From assembly GCA_028286665.1 (NCBI GenBank), contig JAQBRD010000012.1:841-64840 (forward strand): a DNA stretch of 64,000 nucleotides. Reading direction: 5' to 3'. This DNA is from Candidatus Tayloriibacteriota bacterium. Its GTDB lineage: Bacteria > Patescibacteriota > Minisyncoccia > Phycocordibacterales > PALSA-1337. Within the stretch, counting starts at the first letter, position 1; every line of letters begins with the position of its first letter. Below are positions 10,157 through 20,600 of this stretch, piece by piece. The notes beneath the pieces were generated by a model. It was not told the DNA's origin. It saw only the letters and a program-made list of their open reading frames with translations, and searched no databases. The position numbers and the translations under genes are program-made.

Positions 10157-13100
10157 ATGAACGAGCTACCCTCAAATTTCAGGAAATCTTTCCTCATAAC
10201 GGCAATTTTGCTCGCCTTTTTTCTCGTTTCATCGAATATTTCATACGCATTTTCTTTCAATGACCTGCTGCAGCCCGCGAATAAGGGCATGCAGGTCGTC
10301 GGCAATTCCGCTCTCCAGGCGCTTTCCTTCGAGTCGATCAAATCCTTCATCCCGGATGTCATCAATAGGTTCGCCTCGAATCTTAACTGTACGGTCGATG
10401 AAGTCATCGGGCGAGACCTGACTGCGGTGTGCGCGAAAAGTCCCGCAATCCTCGCCTCTCGGAAGGTTCCTGCTTCTCATAATTTGGCTTCTGTCGATCC
10501 TGGAAAGGGCGCGCTTGCGTCCAAGGACAAGCCTGCTGCAAATCCAGCTGCTGCAGCTCCGGATCAAACAGTAGCCGCTGCGCCCGCAGTCACTCCAAGA
10601 CCTCAGACGACAACAGTCCAGACGCAGACAGTTCAGGTCGCTTCTGTTTCTTCGAATCTTTCATCGGCAGAATTCGCAGCTATCCAGCGGCAGCTTGCGG
10701 ATGTTTTCGAAAGCATCAGGCTGCAATCGCGCCAGATCACCTCGACTGTCGATCATCTCGGATCGGCGTCGAGCGGCGGCGGTGGCAGCGTGAACTCGGA
10801 CCAGATCAATGGCTCGATCTCAGGCCTCTCATCACGGATATCTTCATTGGCTGCAAGCTCTACTGACGCGGGCAACATCACCGCTGGCATACTCTCAATT
10901 CCGTATGGAGGCACGGGGACATCGACCGCTCCGGCATTCGGCCAGCTTCTCCTTGGAAATGCGAATGGCGGATACGATCTTGTTTCGACATCATCCCTCG
11001 GAATCGTAGGCGCCGGTTCGGTCGGAACAAGCACGATCAATTTCGGCACGACAGGTCAGCTCGCATATTATGCTTCAGACGGCACAGCCGTTTCAGGAAT
11101 CTCGACTTCGTCGCTCGGCCTCACTACTTCGAACATTGCCGAAGGATCGAACCTCTACTTCACCGCCCTCCGCGCCTCCACCACCGCCGGCCAGGTCGTC
11201 GCCGCCGCGACCTCGACCGTCCGCAATTTCATCTCGTCCTCGGCTTCAGGCCTTACGTACGCACCGAGCACGGGAATATTCTCGCTGACTTCCGGCTTCA
11301 ATATCCCGCTGTCGGCTTCGAGCACCGAATGGGCTTCCTTCTTCAATGCGCCCTCGTCGCGGATCACGGCAGGCAATCTCCTCTCGTGGACGGGGAACAC
11401 GCTCAATGTCTCGACCTCGTCGCTCGGCCTCACTACTTCGAACATCGCCGAAGGGTCGAACCTCTACTATACCGATGCCCGCGCCTCGACGACCGCGATC
11501 AATGTTCTCGCAGCCACGACCTCGCTGCCGAATATCGCTACATTGGCGGGGCTGACGTCGGCTCCCTCGCTCGCGCTCTCCGCTTCGAACATCACGTCCG
11601 GCGTCCTCGCGGTCGCCCGCGGCGGCACCGGCACGACGACTGCGCCGACGCTCGGGCAGATACTCCTCGGAAACTCGGCAGGCGGATACAATCTCGTCGG
11701 GACCTCGACGCTCGGGTTCCTCACTACGGATGTGAGCGAGGGATCGAATCTCTACTACACCGACGTTCGCGCAGATGCCCGCATCGCCGCCGCGACCTCG
11801 ACCGTCCGCAATTTCATCTCGTCCTCGGCTTCAGGCCTTACGTACGCACCGAGCACGGGAATATTTTCACTGACTTCCGGCTTCAATATCCCGCTGTCGG
11901 CTTCGACAACTGACTGGAATATTGCATTCGTCAACAGGATCACCGGCGTGAACGGCCCTCTCTCGCTCCTTTCGAATGCGCTCTCGATCACTCGGGCCTC
12001 AAGCACTGCAGACGGATATCTCGCTTCGACCGACTTTGCGGCATTCACTGCGAAGGAATCTGCGATCGCCGCTTCTACTACAAGTTCATATTTCAGGGGA
12101 GACAAGACATTCCAAGCACTCGATACGTCAGCCGTTGCTGAAAATGGAAACCTCTACTTCACCGCCCTCCGCGCCTCCACCACCGCCGGCCAGGTCGTCG
12201 CCGCCGCGACCTCGACCGTCCGCAATTTCATCTCGTCCTCGGCTTCCGGACTGACGTATGCTCCGAGCACCGGCATCTTTTCACTGACTTCCGGCTTCGC
12301 CATTCCGCTCACTGCGTCGACGTCTGACTGGGCTTCTTTCTTCAACACTCCTTCATCGAGAATCACTGCAGGTGGCGCCCTCGCATGGACGGGGAACACG
12401 CTTAGCGTCGCGACATCGTCGCTTGGATTGACGACGACGAACGTCGCTGAAGGGAATAATCTGTACTATACGACAGCCCGTGCCTCGACCACCGCGATCC
12501 AGGTGCTTGCCGCTACGACATCTCTTCCGAACATAACGACACTATCAGGAATCACTTCATTCGGAACCGCAAATATTACGACGACTGCTGCCGGCAGCTT
12601 CGCAGCAGGCACTACGACCGTGTCAGGTCGCCTCAGCGTCGGCACTACTCCACCGGCAGCGACGCTCGGCGTGAAGGGAACTGCAGGCACGAGCCCGTTC
12701 GTTGTCGCTTCATCGACCGGTTCACAGCTGCTCACGCTGCTCCAGAGTGGAAATCTCGGTGTAGGCACTACAAATCCTCTCTACAAATTTGATATCACCC
12801 AATCAGGTTCGGCCAGCGGTTTCCATCTCGGCGGAGATTCGACAGATAAAGGATTGTATATAACGAACGTGCCCGGAACGAATGATACATATTTCGGAAA
12901 TGTTGCTTTCAATTCAAGCGGTCAATGGGTCTTAAAATCTACATACGGATCATTTACCGGGTTTGATTCCTCAGGCACATCTTTTTATAGCGACAGTGGC
13001 TTAACTACCGGCGCTGCATATACTCCGACCCGTCGAATGCTCATTACTCCTACGGGGAACGTAGGAATCGGAACCACCCCTTCGACTGCGAAGCTCGAAG

Positions 13101-16100
13101 TGGCAGGAGAGACTCTCGGCCAATACTTCACAGCCAATACGCAGACGGAATCTACGCTCCCTCGGCTTGTAAGCACAAACGCAACTTCTACCACGCTCGC
13201 AGCACTGACCTCGGTTGATATCGGAAGCGGGAATCTGATGCTTGCTGCCGGCGAGATTGGATTGACTAATACCTTGAATATCTGGGATCCTATCAACGGT
13301 GCAAATTCATCATTCATAGGATATGGTGGACAAAATGACGCGTCATATAATCATGAATTCTTCGGGACTATTCATGCGAACAGTGACCTATTTGTGAGCG
13401 GCACTTTGGCAAGCGATAACTGGAGCATTGATACCAACGGAAATTTCAACGGAACAGCGTCTAATGCTGGTTACGCGTATGGTGCAGGCTATGCATTTAA
13501 CGCAGGTTCAGATTTCAATAGTTTTTTTCATGCTAATGGATACCTAGGAGGCACCAACCTCTATGATGATGGCACCGCGTCTTTCGGAGGCGCTGTGAGC
13601 GGAGGTTCTTTTGCAGGCAATGGCTTCATTGGCTACAATTTCGGCAATAGCAATATCATGAATTCGGACGCTCCGAATGCGGCAACGGGGTACGTCACGC
13701 TTACTGGGGTACCTTCCGATGGTGACATGGTCACCATCTCAGACGGAATCGTTACATATAATTTCGAATTCGATAATGACAGCAATCTCCAGAATGGAGG
13801 AGATTATGGAGTGACGATCGGCGGCGGCACGACTGCGACAGCATACGCATTGTATGCGTCTGTGGGTAGTTCCGGGATGAATATGTCATATAGCATCGAC
13901 GATACGATCGATACGGTTTATTTCACTAATAGTTCATATGGCATAGCTGGAAATGTCACTATTACCAGCACGGCGGCGGATATTACCCTATCGGGCATGT
14001 CGGGCGGGTATGATGGCGGAGGCTATACCGGAAGCTATGCGTTCGGAAGCGGAAATACCATTCTTGCCAGCGGCGCGCACATTTTGGGAAGCAGCATAAC
14101 GAATAATATCGCAGATTCTGTCCAGATCGGCCCAAACAATGCGTCAAAAATAACCATCAACTCGAGCGGGAATGTCGGTATCGGCACGACTACCCCTTCG
14201 AATCGACTTTCAATCGGTTCTCGTAACCCAACGGATTCGACTGACAGGAAGGCTATCGAGCTGAATGCCGGAGGTTACGGAGCTCCCGGCGCATACGGCT
14301 CGAATTCAAACGGAGACAAGATCATTCTCTATAGGGATGCTGCCGCGAACTATGACTCGACGATCGGCGTCGGCGCTGCGGGGGACACCTGGTTCAAATC
14401 TTTCGGTCCTTCTACGACAGGGCAATTCGGCTGGTATACCGGCGGCAGCAGCACAGCGAGGATGGTTCTGGATCCTTTGGGAAATCTCGGCGTCGGCACG
14501 ACTACTCCTGGGTCGAAGCTTTCAGTCGGCGGCGACATCAATTTCACCGGCGATATATACAGGAACGGCGTGCTGTATTCTCAGACGCTTGCAACAAGCC
14601 AGTGGACGACTTCCGGGTCGAATATTTATTACAATACAGGGAGTATAGGAATCGGCACCGCAGCGCCTGATTCGCAATTCCATGTCTCAGGAAGCTCTAC
14701 CGGAGCGACGATTGTTCAGGGGAAGTTTGAGAATGTGAATGATTTCGGCAGAAGCCAATTCATCGTCACAAGCGGAACTTATCCGAACAATTTCTTTGCT
14801 CTGATGACCCATGGCAGTTCCTTCGCGAGCGACAACTATCTGAATGACGGAACTTCGGACGCGGGACTAGGATTGCTCCTCGGTCAGGGCACGCAGATGA
14901 CTAAATTCGCAGTCGGCACATATGATGCGAAGCCGCTGGCATTATTTACGAGCAACACGGAACGATTGAGTATCACATCGAGCGGCACTGTCGGCATCGG
15001 CACCACCACTCCCGCGGCAAAGCTCGCGGTCTCCGGAACCGCAGGCGTCACCACCGACATCTTCTCGGTGGCATCGTCGACGAACGCCAAATTCTTCACG
15101 GTCACTGCTGCAGGCAATGTCGGCGTCGGGTCATCGACTCCTTCCGCTAAGTTCGCCATCACCGGCACCGCGGGAACAGCAGACATATTCGCAGTAGCTT
15201 CGTCTACCGACGCGCGTCTTTTTACGATCACGAGTGACGGAAAGGTGGGAATCGGCACCACCACGCCGTCGGCTCGTCTCGGCCTTTACGGTATCGCTGG
15301 CACGTCGGATATCTTTGCAATCTCGTCCTCGTCGAATTCTCGACTCCTTACATTCACTTCTGCAGGAGAACTCGGCGTAGGAACTTCGACTCCTTCAGCG
15401 AAGCTCGCGGTCTCCGGAACCGCAGGCGTCACCACCGACATCTTCTCGGTGGCATCGTCGACGAACGCCAAATTCTTCACGGTCACTGCTGCAGGCAATG
15501 TCGGCGTCGGGTCATCGACTCCGATCGGCACTCTTTCAGTGAAAGGATCTGCTGCGCTCGATCCGTTTATCGTCGCATCCTCTACTGATAGCAGGCTCCT
15601 CACGCTTAATGCGCTCGGCAACCTCGGACTCGGGACCACCACCCCTTCAGCGAAGCTCGCAGTCTCCGGAACCGCAGGCGTCACCTCCGACATCTTCTCG
15701 GTCGCTTCATCGACGGACGCGAAGCTATTCACGGTGAAGAGCACCGGCTTCGTGGGCATCGGAACAGCCGTTCCTACTTCTGCGCTTACATTCGCTGACG
15801 CAAGCACGATCGATTCGATCGGAAGCTTGACGATCAAGTCGACGACGACGAATGCCCTCACGCTCGATTCCGGAACGACCGGAGCGATCGGCATCGGTAC
15901 GAGTGCAAACGCCAAGACGATAACTCTTGGAAACGGCACTGGCGCGACATCGCTCGTCCTCAACGCAGGAACGGGCAACATCGATATCGGCGTCAATGAC
16001 TTCGCTCGCAATATCAATATCGGCACCGGAGGTACCGCTGTTCAGACTATAGCAATAGGTGGTGCCGCAGCCAACGTCATCACGATCGGAACGACGCAGA

Positions 16101-17611
16101 CCGCAGGCTCCATCTCCCTCGGCGACGCGATGACCGGCGGCACGATCAACATCGGCGGCACCGGCCTCCAGACCGGAACGATCGGCCTCGGCACGGGCAC
16201 GGGCGCGCAGACCATCAGCCTCGGCACGGGCACGGGACTCAAGACGCTTTCGATCGGAGGAACGGGCGCGAACGTGATCGCCATCGGCAACACGCAGACC
16301 GGCGGATCGATCGCGATGGGCGCGGCCATGACCGGAGGCACGATCACCATCGGAGGCACCGGCCTCCAGACCGGAACGATCGCAATCGGCACCGGAACCG
16401 GCGCGCAGACCATCAACCTCGGAACCGGAGGCACGGGAGCGAAGACCATCGCGATCGGAACGGCTGCTGTCGCAAACACCATTACTATCGGTAACTCGAC
16501 AGGCGCTACTTCGATTGCCCTGACTGCAGGAACCGGCGGAATCTCACTCACAGGCAATACCGGCGTCGGCACGACAACTCCGGTAGCTAAGCTCGATATT
16601 TATGGAACTGCAGGTGCTGCCGACATTTTCGCAGTCTCATCTTCGACGAACTCGCGACTCATCACTGTTACCGCGGCAGGCCGCATGGGCATCGGCACAT
16701 CGACGCCCCTGTATCCTTTCCATGTGCAGACAACAGTTGCCGGCGGCGTGGCAGGCTTCACTGATGCTGATGGTACATGTACCGTCGACCCGACCTCGAC
16801 ATCCCTCGTCTGCTCCTCTGACCGACGCCTCAAGAAGGATATTGTTTCTATAAATAGCATCACGGCGCTCGACAAGATCAATCAGCTCCAGGGAGTCAAT
16901 TTCCGATGGAATAATCAGACGAGCGATACGCTCCGATACGGCTTCATCGCGCAGGACCTTGAACAGATATTCCCAGAGCTCGTTCAGACCGATATCAACG
17001 GCTTCAAGAGCGTCGCATACACCGCGCTCACTCCGGTCCTCGCAGAAGCGATCAAGCAGCTCGACGTGAAGGTCAATGATCTCAATGCCCGAGTAAGCAC
17101 TTCGACATTGAAATCAATGATTCTCGATATGGGTGATTGGGTGGTGACGAAGATCACTGCGCCGTTCGCTTCATTCAAGCATGTCGAAACCGAAACAGCT
17201 TCAGTTTCAAATGGACTTGAGATGAAGGATTCGGCGAGCGGACAAGTATGGTGCGTGCGGATTACGAATGGAGAATGGGCAAAGGTTCCTGGCAAGTGTT
17301 CGGATGCGGCTCCGGCAGTTTCGACAACTCAGCCTTCAGTAACGCCGGCATCTCCCGCACCAGCAGCAACTACGACGCCGCCAGTTGCGCCGGCTCCAGC
17401 TGCTTCTGCAAGCTCGACCGAAGCTGTGCCTGCTACGACTACTCCGGCAACTGCAGATACGACAGTCGCCGCATCTTCGACAGCGCCTTCGGCGATGTCT
17501 GCAGCCGATGCGACCTCGACTCCGGTTTCTGCCGCAACTCAGCCTGAACCGACACCCGCGCCTGACTTGCCGGCTGTTCCTGCGCAGGGAAGCACCGAAG
17601 CTTCTCAATAA
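10157..17611 (+). CDS. giant secreted repeat protein (about 2480 aa), tail-fibre-like, with C-terminal peptidase S74 intramolecular chaperone
   Basis: Signal peptide; EGSNLYYT repeats; many GNVGIGTTTP repeats; SSDRRLKKDI...GFIAQDLEQIFPELV...Y motif; Pro/Ala tail. Confidence 0.85.
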   Translation: MNELPSNFRKSFLITAILLAFFLVSSNISYAFSFNDLLQPANKGMQVVGNSALQALSFESIKSFIPDVINRFASNLNCTVDEVIGRDLTAVCAKSPAILASRKVPASHNLASVDPGKGALASKDKPAANPAAAAPDQTVAAAPAVTPRPQTTTVQTQTVQVASVSSNLSSAEFAAIQRQLADVFESIRLQSRQITSTVDHLGSASSGGGGSVNSDQINGSISGLSSRISSLAASSTDAGNITAGILSIPYGGTGTSTAPAFGQLLLGNANGGYDLVSTSSLGIVGAGSVGTSTINFGTTGQLAYYASDGTAVSGISTSSLGLTTSNIAEGSNLYFTALRASTTAGQVVAAATSTVRNFISSSASGLTYAPSTGIFSLTSGFNIPLSASSTEWASFFNAPSSRITAGNLLSWTGNTLNVSTSSLGLTTSNIAEGSNLYYTDARASTTAINVLAATTSLPNIATLAGLTSAPSLALSASNITSGVLAVARGGTGTTTAPTLGQILLGNSAGGYNLVGTSTLGFLTTDVSEGSNLYYTDVRADARIAAATSTVRNFISSSASGLTYAPSTGIFSLTSGFNIPLSASTTDWNIAFVNRITGVNGPLSLLSNALSITRASSTADGYLASTDFAAFTAKESAIAASTTSSYFRGDKTFQALDTSAVAENGNLYFTALRASTTAGQVVAAATSTVRNFISSSASGLTYAPSTGIFSLTSGFAIPLTASTSDWASFFNTPSSRITAGGALAWTGNTLSVATSSLGLTTTNVAEGNNLYYTTARASTTAIQVLAATTSLPNITTLSGITSFGTANITTTAAGSFAAGTTTVSGRLSVGTTPPAATLGVKGTAGTSPFVVASSTGSQLLTLLQSGNLGVGTTNPLYKFDITQSGSASGFHLGGDSTDKGLYITNVPGTNDTYFGNVAFNSSGQWVLKSTYGSFTGFDSSGTSFYSDSGLTTGAAYTPTRRMLITPTGNVGIGTTPSTAKLEVAGETLGQYFTANTQTESTLPRLVSTNATSTTLAALTSVDIGSGNLMLAAGEIGLTNTLNIWDPINGANSSFIGYGGQNDASYNHEFFGTIHANSDLFVSGTLASDNWSIDTNGNFNGTASNAGYAYGAGYAFNAGSDFNSFFHANGYLGGTNLYDDGTASFGGAVSGGSFAGNGFIGYNFGNSNIMNSDAPNAATGYVTLTGVPSDGDMVTISDGIVTYNFEFDNDSNLQNGGDYGVTIGGGTTATAYALYASVGSSGMNMSYSIDDTIDTVYFTNSSYGIAGNVTITSTAADITLSGMSGGYDGGGYTGSYAFGSGNTILASGAHILGSSITNNIADSVQIGPNNASKITINSSGNVGIGTTTPSNRLSIGSRNPTDSTDRKAIELNAGGYGAPGAYGSNSNGDKIILYRDAAANYDSTIGVGAAGDTWFKSFGPSTTGQFGWYTGGSSTARMVLDPLGNLGVGTTTPGSKLSVGGDINFTGDIYRNGVLYSQTLATSQWTTSGSNIYYNTGSIGIGTAAPDSQFHVSGSSTGATIVQGKFENVNDFGRSQFIVTSGTYPNNFFALMTHGSSFASDNYLNDGTSDAGLGLLLGQGTQMTKFAVGTYDAKPLALFTSNTERLSITSSGTVGIGTTTPAAKLAVSGTAGVTTDIFSVASSTNAKFFTVTAAGNVGVGSSTPSAKFAITGTAGTADIFAVASSTDARLFTITSDGKVGIGTTTPSARLGLYGIAGTSDIFAISSSSNSRLLTFTSAGELGVGTSTPSAKLAVSGTAGVTTDIFSVASSTNAKFFTVTAAGNVGVGSSTPIGTLSVKGSAALDPFIVASSTDSRLLTLNALGNLGLGTTTPSAKLAVSGTAGVTSDIFSVASSTDAKLFTVKSTGFVGIGTAVPTSALTFADASTIDSIGSLTIKSTTTNALTLDSGTTGAIGIGTSANAKTITLGNGTGATSLVLNAGTGNIDIGVNDFARNINIGTGGTAVQTIAIGGAAANVITIGTTQTAGSISLGDAMTGGTINIGGTGLQTGTIGLGTGTGAQTISLGTGTGLKTLSIGGTGANVIAIGNTQTGGSIAMGAAMTGGTITIGGTGLQTGTIAIGTGTGAQTINLGTGGTGAKTIAIGTAAVANTITIGNSTGATSIALTAGTGGISLTGNTGVGTTTPVAKLDIYGTAGAADIFAVSSSTNSRLITVTAAGRMGIGTSTPLYPFHVQTTVAGGVAGFTDADGTCTVDPTSTSLVCSSDRRLKKDIVSINSITALDKINQLQGVNFRWNNQTSDTLRYGFIAQDLEQIFPELVQTDINGFKSVAYTALTPVLAEAIKQLDVKVNDLNARVSTSTLKSMILDMGDWVVTKITAPFASFKHVETETASVSNGLEMKDSASGQVWCVRITNGEWAKVPGKCSDAAPAVSTTQPSVTPASPAPAATTTPPVAPAPAASASSTEAVPATTTPATADTTVAASSTAPSAMSAADATSTPVSAATQPEPTPAPDLPAVPAQGSTEASQ
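11150..12246 (+). repeat. intragenic direct repeats
   Basis: 11150-11247 = 12149-12246 (98 bp identical); about 11199-11320 near-identical to about 11784-11905. Confidence 0.9.
15020..15522 (+). repeat. intragenic direct repeat
   Basis: 15020-15141 = 15401-15522 (122 bp identical); partial third copy near 15640-15715. Confidence 0.9.
16080..16450 (+). repeat. Gly/Thr beta-solenoid-like repeats (TIxIGGTG/GTGTG)
   Basis: Roughly 10-11 aa periodic repeat, with duplicated DNA (ggcaccggcctccagaccggaacgatc). Confidence 0.8.
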
Positions 17612-17679
17612 TAGAAGTATTTCAACAACTGAGGATAAGTCAGCATTTCCATATTTCAATCATGGTATAATTACGTCGA

Positions 17680-20600
17680 ATGAAGCAGCGACTACCAAAT
17701 CAACGATGGTTATTTGCGCTAATAGCTTTTGCGATCGCGCTTTTTTCTATTTCTCCGAAAATTTCCCAGGCGTATTTCTCAGACATCTTCAAGGAAGGAG
17801 CTTCTGTCGTCATGTCCAGCACTTTGAATGGGATGAATGCTGTCGGAAAATCGACGATCCAGGCATTCTCATTCGAATCGATCAGGTCCTTCATTCCGAA
17901 CTTCATCAATTCAGCCGCATCAGGAATGAATTGCGGCGTAAATAAAATCGTCGGCGCTCCTCTTCCTGTTGTCTGCATGAAAAATCCGGCATCCGTCCTC
18001 GCAGCCGCATCAGCAGACGCATTTGTGCCTGTGCCTATGCCTGCGCACGCGTACGTTGCGGCTGTTCCGGCACCAGCATCAATATCAAAACCGTCTTCGG
18101 CATTATCGTCAGCCTCGATACCGACGCGACTCCCGCCTCCGTCTGCGCCGCAGGTCTCGACTCAGACGCAGCTTACTTCAGCAGAGTACGATGCTATTCA
18201 GCAGCAGCTTGCGAATATCGCCTTGGGCACCAGGAGTCAGCTTATCCGGCAGACGGACTCCACAGTCGATCATGTCGGCCAGTCCATGTCGAATCTCGCG
18301 ACGTCGGTCGCGTCTGCAGCGGCGAATGCATCGAACGCTGGCAATATCACTTCAGGCGTTCTGTCGGTCGCGCACGGAGGCACCGGAGCGACGTCAACTC
18401 CGACGTTCGGACAGGTCCTTCTCGGCAATGCAAGCGGCGGATATGATCTCGTATCGACATCGTCGCTCGGGATCACGAGCGGCGCCAGTTCGCAATGGAC
18501 CACATCAGGTTCCAATATCAGCTTCATTGCTGGCAATGTGGGCATCGGCTCATCGACGCCGATCGCGACGCTTTCAGTGAAGGGAACTGCAGGCACGAAC
18601 CCTTTCGTCGTCGCTTCGTCGACTGACGTGCAGCTCCTTACGCTCCTCCAGAATGGAAGCTTCGGCATCGGCACAAGTTCACCGGTATCGACCCTGTCCG
18701 TTGCGGGAAGCGGAACATTCACCGGAGGCGCAAGCTTCGGCGGCAGCGTCGGCATCGGCACGTCTACGCCGATCGCGACGCTTTCAGTGAAGGGAACTGC
18801 AGGCACGAACCCCTTCGTCGTCGCTTCGTCGACCGGCGCGCAGCTCCTTACGCTCCTCCAGAATGGAAGCTTCGGAATCGGAACTGCAGCTCCGAATGCA
18901 AACGCGATCCTCGACGTATTCCAGGGAGCGAGCACGACGCGCATCAGCAGAACGACGACGCAGTATATACAGTTCACCACGGACGGAGTGGTCAATGAAG
19001 TGAGGGGCGTGAGCGTTTCAGGAGGCGCGAAGCCTTTCCGAATCGCGAGCGATTCGAATAGCAGCGGCCTCCGCCTCTTCACCGGCACGACGGATAAAGT
19101 GTTCATCGACAACAACGGCTTGGTCGGCATCGGCTCGACGACGCCTTCTGCGCTGCTCACGCTGCTCGGATCAAATGCTGCGACAACGACGCTTTCGATC
19201 AGGCCTGCAGCATCGCAGACTGCGAGCCTCGTCAATTTCTATGATACTACTGGAGCGATCTCATCGGTCATCGCCGCTGGCGGAAACTTCGGCATCGGCA
19301 CGACGACTCCGGGATCCAAGCTTGTGGTGAACGGAGACATCAATCTCACCGGCAATATTTATCAGAACGGCGTCCTTTTCACGGGCGGCGGTGGAAGCTC
19401 GCAATGGACGTCTTCGAGCACTGATATTTATTACAATACCGGCAACGTCGGCATCGGCACCAATTCCCCGATATACAAGCTAGACATAGCCGGAACCGCT
19501 CATGTCTCAAGCGACCTCACTGTCGGCGGAATCTTCACGACGACCGCATTCACCGCAAATGGAACAGCCACATCCTTCAATGATGCGATAACTATAAATC
19601 AGTCTACAAGCTCGACGCGATTTGTCCGTCCTGGAACTCCTGTGTTGCAAGCTATCGACATCACGACTGACAGCAATTCGAATAGGATAAAAGCATTCGC
19701 TGGACCCGGCACGAACAAGCAATTCCGAATCGAAGCCGATATCGGAATGACTGGACTTTCGCTGAGAACAGGAGGTTCTGAACGAGTCCTCATCGGCCCG
19801 AGCGGAGACGTATCCGTCGGAACGGCATCGACGAGCGCAAGGTTCACTCTCATGGCGTCCTCATCTCCGACGTATGCGATATTCGATGTGACTGACACAT
19901 CGCGCAATTCTTTTTTCAAAGTCTTCGGCAACGGCTTTGTCGGCATCGGCACGACGACCCCTTCGGCAAGATTCGCGCTCGACGGATTCAGCGGCGCGGA
20001 TAATGCTAACGCATCGCAAGCACTCGCGATCTATGGTGGTAAGGGGGGTCTGAACAACAACGCGACTCCGGGCGGATTCAGCGGAGGAGGCATAGATCTT
20101 TTTGCCGGTCCGGGCGGAGATTCGAGCGGAGGCGGCGTCGACGGCGGCAGCGGAGGTGTCGTCAATATATTCGGCGGAGCAGGCGCATCGAACGGCGATG
20201 GTACCGAAAACGCAGGACTCGGAGGCGCAGTCAACATCGGCGCGGGCAACGGAGCTGCTTCTCTGGGCGGCGGCTTAGGAGGGGCGCTTACGCTCGCATC
20301 AGGAAATGGCGGCAATGATACTGCGAGTGGATTCGGTCAGCCTGGCGATGGCGGCCTCCTGAGCGTCATTGCAGGTTTTGGCGGATCAAGCAACGATAAT
20401 TCCGTGAATGGCGCGAATGGAGGAAATGTCATCATCAGCGGCGGAGCACCCGGGGCTGGTCTTGTCGCAGGCTCGTATGGAAATATCATCATGAATCAGA
20501 ACGGAGGAAAGGTCGGCATCGGCACCTCTACGCCTCTGTACAGACTTCATATCCAGCGATCCGGAGACGGACCGGTCGCAGGCTTCACCGATGCCAACGG

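Noticed and set aside
11150-18875. CRISPR array or DGR template/variable repeats
   Set aside because: Repeats are in-frame coding duplicates without spacers or adenine-specific mismatches; no cas or reverse transcriptase gene in the window
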